A stretch of DNA of 64,000 nucleotides, taken from assembly GCA_041740355.1 (NCBI GenBank), contig JBGSMD010000006.1, positions 64,001 to 128,000 on the forward strand, written 5' to 3'. A program made the position numbers and the translations under genes. The notes beneath the pieces are model-generated. The model was not told where the DNA came from, did not search any database, and was given only the letters and a program-made list of their open reading frames with translations. Shown piece by piece: positions 19,641 through 28,244 of the stretch. How positions within the stretch are numbered: position 1 is the stretch's first letter; every line of letters starts with the position of its first letter. The DNA comes from Bdellovibrionota bacterium (GTDB taxonomy: Bacteria > Bdellovibrionota_C > UBA2361 > CALJRW01).

Positions 19641-20628
19641 GAATTGGCAATTAGCTGACGAAATTGAAGAACTTGATCCCAAGATAATTAAATATGGAAT
19701 TGGTTTTCTAAAATCACGTCCCCAGAATTGGATTCCTAACTTCTCAACTTTTTGGACTCCATTACTAGATCTTTTAAATTTCGAGGTAGCAGTATTAGAT
19801 ATTCAGCCAACATTTGAATTCCCATTAAGTGGAAGTGGAGTTTGGTTAGGAGCCTTTGAAAATAATAAAATTGGAATTAGTTGTGAACCCTTTGTCGCTA
19901 AATATTTAGCTAGTCTTTTTATTACAGATATTGATGCGGAGACAAGTAAGATTTTAGAGGATTATCTTGCTAGACGATTAATGCGTTCGCTCGTTGCTTC
20001 CTGGACTGGGCCGTCACTAAGTAATTTTAAATATTTTGGTGCCAGTTCCATTAAAGATTTCGATCCAAGTGCTGGTATTAAAATTACAATGTCGATAAAC
20101 GGTAGGCAAGTAACGCTTTGGTTATTAATTGAAGAGCTTTTACTCAAAAAATTGGATAATTTGTGGAGAAGGCAAACCACAACATTTAATATTAAAAAAT
20201 TAGAGGCTAGAAAATACCAATTAATTCTATTTACACAGCAAATCCAACTAGACGATTTAGAGTCATTATTGGTAATAGGAAATAAGATTTACCTTACTGG
20301 CTTGGATCCTAAGTATTTAGCAATGCGGGATGTGATTAATGACTCCACCTGGAAAGTTAAGCTTTACAGTAGCACCGATCAATTAGTAATGAAGATTCTT
20401 GAATCAAACGTTGCATATCAATTAGATCTAAGAGATTTATTAATGCGGGTGACGTTGCCTGAAATTACATTAAGTACTGAACAGCTACAGTTAAATAGTA
20501 GCGAATCATTCTTGCCTACTGGCTTAGCCCTGGGAACAGAGCTTATGATTAAGGTTTCTGATGAAACTGTGGCCCAGGCTAAGTTAGGCAAAGATACAAA
20601 CGGTTACTATGCTGAAATTCTAAACTAG
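19633..20628 (+). CDS. Divergent C-ring protein, FliM/SctQ-like
   Basis: Position between sctJ and sctR; ILEDYLARRLMRSLVASWTGP resembles the FliM middle domain; SpoA-like LDDLESLLVIGNKI and VAQAKLG segments. Confidence 0.5.
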   Translation: MSENWQLADEIEELDPKIIKYGIGFLKSRPQNWIPNFSTFWTPLLDLLNFEVAVLDIQPTFEFPLSGSGVWLGAFENNKIGISCEPFVAKYLASLFITDIDAETSKILEDYLARRLMRSLVASWTGPSLSNFKYFGASSIKDFDPSAGIKITMSINGRQVTLWLLIEELLLKKLDNLWRRQTTTFNIKKLEARKYQLILFTQQIQLDDLESLLVIGNKIYLTGLDPKYLAMRDVINDSTWKVKLYSSTDQLVMKILESNVAYQLDLRDLLMRVTLPEITLSTEQLQLNSSESFLPTGLALGTELMIKVSDETVAQAKLGKDTNGYYAEILN

Positions 20629-20698
20629 CTATCTTTATCAGGCGTTAGTTGAAAATTCCCCCTAGAATGCTTGAGGTAACTCAGTTATACTCCACAGC

Positions 20699-21271
20699 AT
20701 GTTAGAATTAGTGTTTATTATGTTGGTGTCCAGTGCTTTTATTAAGCTTGTAACGACACTCAGTATTTTTCAGTACGGATTAGGGCTTAAGAATTTTTCC
20801 TTTAGCATTATAGTTTTTCTATTTAGTCTAGTTTTAACCCTTTTTGTAATGCAACCTACCTGGGATAATTTGGGAGGTTGGCAAGGAGTAAGTAAAGCTA
20901 CCCCCGAACAAGTTGTTATCTTTCAAAGTCAAATTGATCCATTTGTTACTAAGCATAGTGATCCTGAAACGCTTGCAAAGTTACAAGCAATCTATCAAAA
21001 AAATCAGCCTGAAGTTTCAGTGACAGTTATTCCTTGGTCAGTAAAGATTACGGCCTTTATGATTACGGAACTAAAAGAAGCTTTTTATATTGGACTTTTA
21101 TTAATCATACCTTTTATTTTCCTAGATTTACTGACAGTTAATATTTTAATGGCGCTGGGAATTACTCAAATTTCAGCTTTAACTGTAGCACTACCCTTCA
21201 AATTGTTAATTTTTTATCTTTTCGATGGGTGGCAGTTATTAACTGAGAAATTGCTAAGCTTTTACAATTAA
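20699..21271 (+). CDS. sctR: Type III export gate protein SctR/FliP
   Basis: SAFIKL..GLG, LFVMQP, AFMITELKEAF.IG..IPF..LDL..NILMALG, LPFKLLIF..DGW. Confidence 0.92.
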   Translation: MLELVFIMLVSSAFIKLVTTLSIFQYGLGLKNFSFSIIVFLFSLVLTLFVMQPTWDNLGGWQGVSKATPEQVVIFQSQIDPFVTKHSDPETLAKLQAIYQKNQPEVSVTVIPWSVKITAFMITELKEAFYIGLLLIIPFIFLDLLTVNILMALGITQISALTVALPFKLLIFYLFDGWQLLTEKLLSFYN

Positions 21272-21276
21272 ATAAA

Positions 21277-21525
21277 ATGACTCCAGACTTATTAATTGAA
21301 TCATTAATTTATGCTGTACGTATTTTTTTATTGGTAACAATTCCACTTTTAGCCATCTTGACCTTGGCTGGTACTATTTCAGGAATGCTCCAAGCAATAA
21401 CAGGGATACGGGAAAGTTTACTGAATTATTTGACTAAGCTAATTGCCTTGTTTGCTGTGTTTTATTTCTTTTTGCCAAGCTTCTTACAAACTTTGGAAGA
21501 AATGTTTAATAACTACTACTTATGA
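21277..21525 (+). CDS. sctS: Type III export gate protein SctS/FliQ
   Basis: 82 aa; IPLL..AG..SGMLQAITGIRE..L.Y..KL matches the FliQ/SctS LQA.TQIQE motif; follows sctR. Confidence 0.88.
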   Translation: MTPDLLIESLIYAVRIFLLVTIPLLAILTLAGTISGMLQAITGIRESLLNYLTKLIALFAVFYFFLPSFLQTLEEMFNNYYL

Positions 21526-22097
21526 CACCATTAGTACTTAGTGGAGTAATAGTTTACTGTTGGGGACGGATTGGTTTTCTCTTGGGGTTAATATTTCTAA
21601 TTAGCTTACTTATTTATTTTACAGGCGAGCTGGGACTTTCGATCACACCTTTAGAAAGGCTCTTGTTAGTATCTTCCGTAATGAGCCTTCCGCTCAGTTT
21701 TTATTTAGCTGGTTCATATCTAGATAATTATTTAGCGGATAAATTTTCTTTCCAGTTACCTTTCGCGCTGGTGTTTCTTTTGTCTGGTAGTTATCTTTTA
21801 TTAGAGCAAGGACTTTTAATAGATCAACTTGACCATACATTAAATTTAATTAATGCCGCAGCTGATAATTCCTTCTTAATGATTCTGTTCGAAATAATTA
21901 GTAAGATAATTATGACAACCACAGGCCTAATGCTAATTGTTTTATTAATCGCGCTAATTTTTATTGTGCCACTTGCTTGGCTGATGAAAAATTCTCAATT
22001 GAATTTTAGTTGGAGTATCCCCAGTCTTAATTTCATATTGATATTATTTTTTTTAGCATCCGGCTACCAGTTAATTTTATCTAAATTATTATCCTAA
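21522..22097 (+). CDS. sctT: Divergent, shortened export gate protein SctT/FliR
   Basis: Very hydrophobic; between sctS and sctU; FYLAGSYLD and WLMKNSQLNFSWSIPS echo FliR AG..ID and RAAPQLN..P motifs. Confidence 0.6.
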   Translation: MTPLVLSGVIVYCWGRIGFLLGLIFLISLLIYFTGELGLSITPLERLLLVSSVMSLPLSFYLAGSYLDNYLADKFSFQLPFALVFLLSGSYLLLEQGLLIDQLDHTLNLINAAADNSFLMILFEIISKIIMTTTGLMLIVLLIALIFIVPLAWLMKNSQLNFSWSIPSLNFILILFFLASGYQLILSKLLS

Positions 22098-22772
22098 ATG
22101 GCTTTTAGCTTTCTAAATAACAGGCAGCTGCAAGACCTTCGTCGGCAAGGAATTTTCCAATATTCTTCTTGGACTAGTCGGCTTATTGTCTTAGTCAGTC
22201 TCTCTGGTTATTTTTATTTTTCTGGGGATAAGTTAATTCCTATGCTATTAAGTTTTTATCAAAATCTTTTCTCAATTCATGATTTAAACTTAATGGTAGT
22301 GGGGCAATTTTGGAGTAAGCTGTTATTTGATTTTATATTCATCCCAACATTACTTTTAATACTGTCAATTTTAATTGGGGGGTTATTACAGACTAAGTTT
22401 TATTTAAGATTTAATAGTCTGGCATTTGACTTGGGGCAACTTGGATTAAAGGCACAGTTGCAAAAAATTAAGCCAATTAAACGAATTTTATTTGGGCTAG
22501 CATTTCCGATACTATTTTTTATTCTATTAATGTTAACAATAAGTTGGGTAAAAAATCTACTTATTGCTTTTTCCTGGGCGCAGGAGGAATCTCTCGTTCA
22601 GTACTTATCTCTCTTCAAATCAATTGCTAGTCAAATTGCCATCGTTGCTGTATTATTAATATTCTTAGCAACGATCCTCAACTGGTTCTATTTCCGGCTT
22701 GAACATCGAAATATTGATCATGATTTGGCAGAAGATTCTGCCAATCAGAGTGCTATTGATAGTATTAGATAA
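22098..22772 (+). CDS. sctU: SctU/FlhB membrane domain only (cytoplasmic NPTH domain absent)
   Basis: RQLQDLRRQG..S, GGLLQTKF..AFDL..L, four TM segments; ORF ends shortly after TM4. Confidence 0.75.
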   Translation: MAFSFLNNRQLQDLRRQGIFQYSSWTSRLIVLVSLSGYFYFSGDKLIPMLLSFYQNLFSIHDLNLMVVGQFWSKLLFDFIFIPTLLLILSILIGGLLQTKFYLRFNSLAFDLGQLGLKAQLQKIKPIKRILFGLAFPILFFILLMLTISWVKNLLIAFSWAQEESLVQYLSLFKSIASQIAIVAVLLIFLATILNWFYFRLEHRNIDHDLAEDSANQSAIDSIR

Positions 22773-23014
22773 TGCCATACCCAAAAAAAGACTTAATATC
22801 GCATGCTCCTTTATTCTTGTTATTACCAGAACGTCGCTCTTTGGATGGCTTTGAGAAGTATCTGTCTGCTTTTTATTTAAGGCTGGAAAAACTTAAACAG
22901 TTAGAGCAAGAAGGGGATCAGTTATCAAGCGAAGATTTATCTGAACTAACAATGCTACGGCAAGTCGTCGATTGGCTTACACTCCATTCAGAAATTGAAA
23001 GTAATAGGAATTAA
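22772..23014 (+). CDS. Small hypothetical protein in T3SS-like operon
   Basis: 80 aa, helical, coupled to sctU (taatg overlap). Confidence 0.7.
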   Translation: MPYPKKDLISHAPLFLLLPERRSLDGFEKYLSAFYLRLEKLKQLEQEGDQLSSEDLSELTMLRQVVDWLTLHSEIESNRN

Positions 23015-23019
23015 TAAAA

Positions 23020-23439
23020 ATGAGTTTATTAGATGCTAAGTCCAGTAGTTATTCCGAGGAAGAGTTGGACTTGCTTTACTCTTTGGGTCTTTTTTATTTA
23101 GAAGCGGGACATTATCGTTCGGCAGAAATGATCTTTCAGGGCTTAACCGCAGTAGCCCCCAGTTTTGCTGATAGTTGGTTAGCAGCTTCAGCTACATTCT
23201 TTATGTTAGGTAATTTTGATCAAGCTAAACGCCATGCGCATCAAGCAATGCGTCTAAATCCCCATGATATTCAAGTACAATTACTTTATGTGACAATCTT
23301 ATTGTCTCAAGGTGAATTATCTGAGGCAGGAACTTTACTTGGTGAAATTAAAGAGCAGATTGATACTCGGGTGATTCAGAATCCCGATCAGATACGTTAT
23401 TTTAAAGCACAGTTAGCAAGATTCGAATTTGGTCAGTAA
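23020..23439 (+). CDS. TPR protein, T3SS chaperone-like (SctY/SycD type)
   Basis: LYSLGLFYLEAGHYRSAEMIFQGL..AP followed by two more TPR units; last gene of the operon. Confidence 0.75.
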   Translation: MSLLDAKSSSYSEEELDLLYSLGLFYLEAGHYRSAEMIFQGLTAVAPSFADSWLAASATFFMLGNFDQAKRHAHQAMRLNPHDIQVQLLYVTILLSQGELSEAGTLLGEIKEQIDTRVIQNPDQIRYFKAQLARFEFGQ

Positions 23440-23499
23440 GCATTTAGACTTTGGCAGATCTCAAAAGAAAAAACTATAAATATTTACGTAGGTCAGTAG

Positions 23500-23850
23500 T
23501 TACAACTTTTCTTTGTCATCATCTTCATCATTGTCACCCGAGTCAACTAATGCTGCATCGATAGTTTGCTTTACAGCTAATTCAATTGCCTCGCGTTGAG
23601 CTTGAGGTATTTTTGAGTTAGAAAAAAGCTTTTCAGCTTCTTGCTCTACCATTTGTAATAATTCGCTACGTTCTTGGAAAGACATTTCCCTCGTAGGCAT
23701 TCGACTAGTGCTAGAGACGCCAGTAATTGCTCCAACTTTAGAAGTTTTATTAACCTGAGAAATTGCTTCGGATTTACGTACCGAATTTAAGGCATCAGTT
23801 TTATTAATACCCTTAATTTTTTTATCATTTGAATCAACACCATCAACCAT
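23500..23850 (-). CDS. Hypothetical protein downstream of sigma factor (possible anti-sigma or secreted substrate)
   Basis: 116 aa, low-complexity S/K/T-rich N-terminus, helical C-terminus; GGAGA RBS upstream. Confidence 0.7.
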   Translation of the reverse strand: MVDGVDSNDKKIKGINKTDALNSVRKSEAISQVNKTSKVGAITGVSSTSRMPTREMSFQERSELLQMVEQEAEKLFSNSKIPQAQREAIELAVKQTIDAALVDSGDNDEDDDKEKL

Positions 23851-23878
23851 TTTATTCTCCGTTCATTTAGAAATCTAT

Positions 23879-24664
23879 TTAGTACTGTCCTGAAAATTCT
23901 GAAACTTTTTTTGTAAATATTCCAAAATCTTCTTGATTTGCTAAGACCATATTGGCATCTTTTAGTCCTGGCCTAATACGCGGGCAATCTAATTCTTTAC
24001 CTGTAGAAACACTTTTTTGTAGATACTCCATGATGACTTTGTGTTCTCGAATTACATTTAACTCATCGGTATTCCATTCCGTTGCAACACCACGAAGCGA
24101 TAGTCCTTCCCAGTAGACCTTCCAGACTAGTAATTGATGCAGAGGTTGTAGATCGGAGAGATTGATGATCAATTGTTTAAACTCAGTTGCTTCTTCCGGA
24201 TTGGAATCTTGAATTCCATGTTTAGTAGATATTAAACAGGCACTAATTAACAACTGTTGAATTCCAACGCGGACACCTTGTTCCGAATCATCATCACTCG
24301 GCAAAACACCTGATCTAATTTGAGGATATAATTCAAATAACTCAGCAGAAATTGCGCGGGCTAATCTTTCTGTGCGTTTAGAATTGCGACTATCTTTTTC
24401 CCAAGATTTACTATTACGGGCAGCTTCAGTAGATGCTTCATGAATTCTGCGGCGGGCATAACTCTTAAATGGCACACCTAAATTAGGATCAAATCTGCGA
24501 GCACAAAAAATTAATGCTTCAAAAGCAGCTCCATCTAGTCCATCATCTTGCCAATGTAAACTCCATCCCCGAGCAACCGATTTGGCAATTTTCTCTGCCC
24601 AAATTTGGTGTTCAAGTACTAACTCATTGGCTTCATCCATGCTTAAAATCGTTGTTTCGGTCAT
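23879..24664 (-). CDS. Divergent sigma-70 family factor, FliA/group 3-like
   Basis: Region 2 AAFEALIFCARRFDPNLGVPFKSYARRRI; region 4 LQPLHQLLVWKVYWEGLSLRGVA. Confidence 0.8.
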   Translation of the reverse strand: MTETTILSMDEANELVLEHQIWAEKIAKSVARGWSLHWQDDGLDGAAFEALIFCARRFDPNLGVPFKSYARRRIHEASTEAARNSKSWEKDSRNSKRTERLARAISAELFELYPQIRSGVLPSDDDSEQGVRVGIQQLLISACLISTKHGIQDSNPEEATEFKQLIINLSDLQPLHQLLVWKVYWEGLSLRGVATEWNTDELNVIREHKVIMEYLQKSVSTGKELDCPRIRPGLKDANMVLANQEDFGIFTKKVSEFSGQY

Positions 24665-24986
24665 CTTAAGTATTTTACATTAAAAATTTAGAATTCGCCA
24701 TAAGTTTATAGAAGCAGTTCCCTAAGAATCCACGACAATTACTTATGTGCAATGCACTAATCGCAGACTGGCTATTCAAATCTTGGCTAAATCCCAAGTT
24801 TGAGTTCCTAAAAACAATAAGCTTAGTAAACCCAAGGGAAATTCCTGAAATGTTCTTCAGAAATTATTTTTGAATTTACTATAAATTTTAAGCTGTTCAA
24901 ATTTAATCGAAGTGATTTTTGAACCAGCCGTGGATTCCAAAAGTTAATGTTGCTATACATTTCCTTTTGGAGTCCACTCATAAGGG

Positions 24987-25772
24987 ATGTTTGTTATGAG
25001 TAATAGTCGTTCAGAAGAAGCTAAAACTAAAGCTAAAATATATGATTTCGCAAAAATAGTTGAGCGTAAGGAATCAATTGCGACCCACCTAAGTATCCAT
25101 GAAAAGAATGGTTTAATCATGAAAAACAGAATTCAGGGCCGTAAATTAGCCTGTAGCATGCTAAGAAAATGGAACTGTCGACTAGATTTAGAAGAAGTTG
25201 ATAGTATCGTAGACTTATCTCTCTGCGAAGCAGTAAAGTATTTTGACCCGGCCAAAGGAGTGAATTTTCTAACTTTCCTTTTCTATCATTTACGTGGAAA
25301 TTTAATTCGTACAATTAAAATCCAAGCGAATCAAACTGCTATTCCTTTAGAGTTTACCGATGAGAATATGGAAAGTGGCTATATCGGTCATGAAAGAATT
25401 AATACTGCTGATGCTTTTGAAACTTTTGGAACTGTCCAGAAGTCTCCCGACCAGCAATTACAAGAAGGCCAATTTTTCGAATTAACAAAACTTGCTTGTG
25501 AAAAATTAACGGATCTGGAGCGAGAAATTATCAAAAATGTTTTTATTCATGAGGAGCAGGTAACCCAACTTGCACAAGATTTAAATTATAGTCGCTGTCA
25601 TATTTCCAGATTAAAAACAGCTACGATTAATAAATTAAGATCAGAGATCGAAAAAATTACAGGCGAGAAAATTTCTGTATCGGAAGGAGTAGATAGTCCT
25701 CGTCGAGCACTAGATGTTAGACATCGAGTTCGTGTGCACAAGGTTAGGAAGGTAAAAAAGATAGCTGCTTAA
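24987..25772 (+). CDS. Sigma-70 family factor, FliA/group 3-like
   Basis: SLCEAVKYFDPAKGVNFLTFLFYHLRG; LTDLEREII..TQLAQDLNYSRCHISRL HTH. Confidence 0.88.
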   Translation: MFVMSNSRSEEAKTKAKIYDFAKIVERKESIATHLSIHEKNGLIMKNRIQGRKLACSMLRKWNCRLDLEEVDSIVDLSLCEAVKYFDPAKGVNFLTFLFYHLRGNLIRTIKIQANQTAIPLEFTDENMESGYIGHERINTADAFETFGTVQKSPDQQLQEGQFFELTKLACEKLTDLEREIIKNVFIHEEQVTQLAQDLNYSRCHISRLKTATINKLRSEIEKITGEKISVSEGVDSPRRALDVRHRVRVHKVRKVKKIAA

Positions 25773-25782
25773 TCTTAAATTA

Positions 25783-25810
25783 AAGGCATCACTGTATTAG
25801 GTGTTGCCTT
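25783..25810 (+). terminator. Hairpin after sigma gene
   Basis: aaggcatcac..gtgttgcctt stem about 10 nt after the stop. Confidence 0.45.
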
Positions 25811-26268
25811 CGATTTAAATATTCACAAGTTATAGTAAGCACGAAGTTCTGGAAGTGACCCACCCCCAAGGAACGCCTTATCCAAGGTTGGAGGAAATTC
25901 TTAATGGATTTGCTATAATTGTTGTTTTTAGGAATTCAAAGTAAATATCCTCCTTCGCTTAAGCTCTGGCATGAGAGGAGTTCAAGATTTGAAAAGCCGA
26001 TAAATATTGATTTTTACAAATTTAATATTATAAGCGAGGCTCCCGAGTCCTAAAAATAATTTCCTTCAAGGAAATCGTGTTTAGGACGCTCTATATTACT
26101 TTAGTAATATAGAAAGAAGCTAACGTTCCATTCTTTTAAATGATTTAAATCCTATCACAATTGAGTCGTCTCAGACTTGAATTTTATCTTGCAACTAACT
26201 AAGATTGCCCAGCTGTTAAGTCATTTCAGTCAGAAATTACTAGCACTATTTTATTAATCACCAATTTA

Positions 26269-27147
26269 ATGTTTTTGGCATTTATTAAATTACTGTTACT
26301 GATTCTCGGGGCTTCGGCCATAATTACACCGATTAGCTATTATCTGTTACCTAAGATTTTTGTGATGGAATCAATGTGGCCGTATTCGCGAGTATATGAT
26401 CGGGTAGCTTTAGTTGTCTTGATCGTGGGGCTTTATTATTATCGCAAAGAATTTAAGCTTAGTGAGCTAAAGGCTGATTTTGCTCTTTGGAAAGAAAATT
26501 TAAAATGGCGTAAGTTTTTCCTAGGATTTTTCATCGCTTTAATTCCAGTCCTTTTAGTTTTGCCTCTGAAAGTCCAGCTAGGGGATTTGAGTTGGAGAGT
26601 TGAAGACTTTTCTTATTACTTATTTCGAACAGCAAAACTAATACCAACTATTTTTGTTGTTTCTTTTCTAGAAGAACTAGTATTTCGGATTTTTATTTTC
26701 TGGACGCTTTATAAATCATTTGGACTCTTAAAAGGTGTAGTTTTAAGTAGTGTTTTTTATTCTTTTGTTCATTTCATTGCTCCTGTGAAAACCTTTAAGG
26801 TTGAGGGATATGATTTTTGGGCAGGATTTGAATATTACTTAATTGTAACCGAAAGAATTTTATCGTTCGAGATGATTTCTGCCCTAATTGTTTTAATCAC
26901 CATTGGTGGTTTTCTTGCCCTGTTACTTAAGCAAACTCGCTCCTTGTTTTTATGCGCAGGATTTCATGGAGGATGGATTGCTGCAATAAAAATTGCTAAA
27001 TTTTATACAATTTTTAAGGAAACAGGCGTTAGTAAACTTCAAGAACAGTATTTTTTATTAACCTTTCCGGCCACTTGGTTGGCATTAGCAACCACACTAT
27101 TTTTTGCCTACTTAATTTTCTTTAGAAAAAAACTATGGAATTATTAA
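26269..27147 (+). CDS. CPBP/Abi (CAAX) intramembrane metalloprotease
   Basis: EELVFR, FYSFVH and GFHGGW motifs; multi-TM. Confidence 0.88.
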   Translation: MFLAFIKLLLLILGASAIITPISYYLLPKIFVMESMWPYSRVYDRVALVVLIVGLYYYRKEFKLSELKADFALWKENLKWRKFFLGFFIALIPVLLVLPLKVQLGDLSWRVEDFSYYLFRTAKLIPTIFVVSFLEELVFRIFIFWTLYKSFGLLKGVVLSSVFYSFVHFIAPVKTFKVEGYDFWAGFEYYLIVTERILSFEMISALIVLITIGGFLALLLKQTRSLFLCAGFHGGWIAAIKIAKFYTIFKETGVSKLQEQYFLLTFPATWLALATTLFFAYLIFFRKKLWNY

Positions 27148-27752
27148 TTGCTAGTAATAATGCGGGAAAGGTTCAGGAAATTAAGTCGTATTTATTACAT
27201 CCTAACCTCAAAATATACAGTTTGCAGGATTGGCAGACGGCTAAAAAACTTAAGGGTTCTGTGCCAGATCCAGAGGAAACAGGGCAAACTTACCAAGAGA
27301 ATTCCTTAATTAAAGCTAAGGCAGCTTACCAGTGGGCAAGAATACCTTGTTTAGCGGATGATACAGGTTTAGAGGTTGAAGCCTTGGATAATGGACCAGG
27401 ATTATACACTGCTCGCTATGCAGGAGTAAACGCTAGCTATGCTGATAACATTGCCAAAATGAAAAATGATTTAAGTGGAGTTGTAAATCGCCGTGCAAAA
27501 TTCAAAGCATGTTTAGTATATTTTGATGGGGATCAGCAAGTAGTATTTAATGGAGAAATCTCTGGGGAGATTTTAACAGTAGAGCAAGGGGCTGGTGGTT
27601 TTGGTTACGATCCGATTTTTAAGCCTGATGGGAGAGACGTGACTTTTGCTGATTTAAAAATTTCTGAGCCGCAATATCCAACCCATCGAATTCAAGCACT
27701 AATTAAATTTAGAGAATTTTTACTTGCTTCAAAGCTTCATACAGCACAATAG
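27135..27752 (+). CDS. rdgB: Non-canonical purine NTP pyrophosphatase
   Basis: IASNNAGKVQEI, ADDTGL, GFGYDPIF, THR. Confidence 0.95.
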   Translation: MELLIASNNAGKVQEIKSYLLHPNLKIYSLQDWQTAKKLKGSVPDPEETGQTYQENSLIKAKAAYQWARIPCLADDTGLEVEALDNGPGLYTARYAGVNASYADNIAKMKNDLSGVVNRRAKFKACLVYFDGDQQVVFNGEISGEILTVEQGAGGFGYDPIFKPDGRDVTFADLKISEPQYPTHRIQALIKFREFLLASKLHTAQ

Positions 27753-28164
27753 AAACAGCGTTACTTAAATTTAAACTTCGTACACCAGTTTCTAACATTG
27801 GAATTTGTAGTAATTGTTCGTTAGGAAACTTATTCATGAACTCTGATCCAAGTCCTTTAGTCTCACTTCCAAAGACCAAACAATCTTCTTTTCCAAAATC
27901 AGCTTGATAATATGCCTTGCTCGCAAATTTGCTTAGGAGCCAAATTTTCCTAGGGGCATGTTTTTCTTGATAATCTTCCCATTCTAAATATTGTTCTAAA
28001 TGGACATAAGGCCAGTAATCAAGTCCGGCACGTTTAACAGTCCGATCTGATATTTCAAAAGCGGGCTGTCCTATAATCATTAGTGGTGTTTTAGTGGCAG
28101 CGCAAGTTCGGGCGATAGAGCCAGTATTTTGGGGAATTTGGGGGTTAACTAGGGCTACGTGCAT
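27709..28164 (-). CDS. trmL: tRNA (cytidine34-2'-O)-methyltransferase
   Basis: PQIPQNTG, KRAGLDYW, FGSETKGL, RSLNLSN; start set at ATG 28164. Confidence 0.95.
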   Translation of the reverse strand: MHVALVNPQIPQNTGSIARTCAATKTPLMIIGQPAFEISDRTVKRAGLDYWPYVHLEQYLEWEDYQEKHAPRKIWLLSKFASKAYYQADFGKEDCLVFGSETKGLGSEFMNKFPNEQLLQIPMLETGVRSLNLSNAVSIVLYEALKQVKIL

Positions 28165-28244
28165 GACTAGGACTATACCCAAATACTTTAATTATTTCAA
28201 TTTTGTGCTATCTATTACGGGGCAAAATTATTAATTTATAAAAG

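Noticed and set aside
18556-23439. Ordinary flagellar fliF-G-M-P-Q-R-flhB operon
   Set aside because: The ring protein is a short lipoprotein of SctJ type, SctR lacks the FliP signal peptide, and no other flagellar genes are adjacent.
25820-26260. tRNA or known ncRNA in the long intergenic gap
   Set aside because: No cloverleaf, T-loop or recognisable tmRNA/RNase P/SRP motifs; only repeat-like hairpins.
26269-27147. Abi/CPBP protease as a phage defence or bacteriocin system
   Set aside because: Coupled to housekeeping rdgB with no peptide or defence neighbours.
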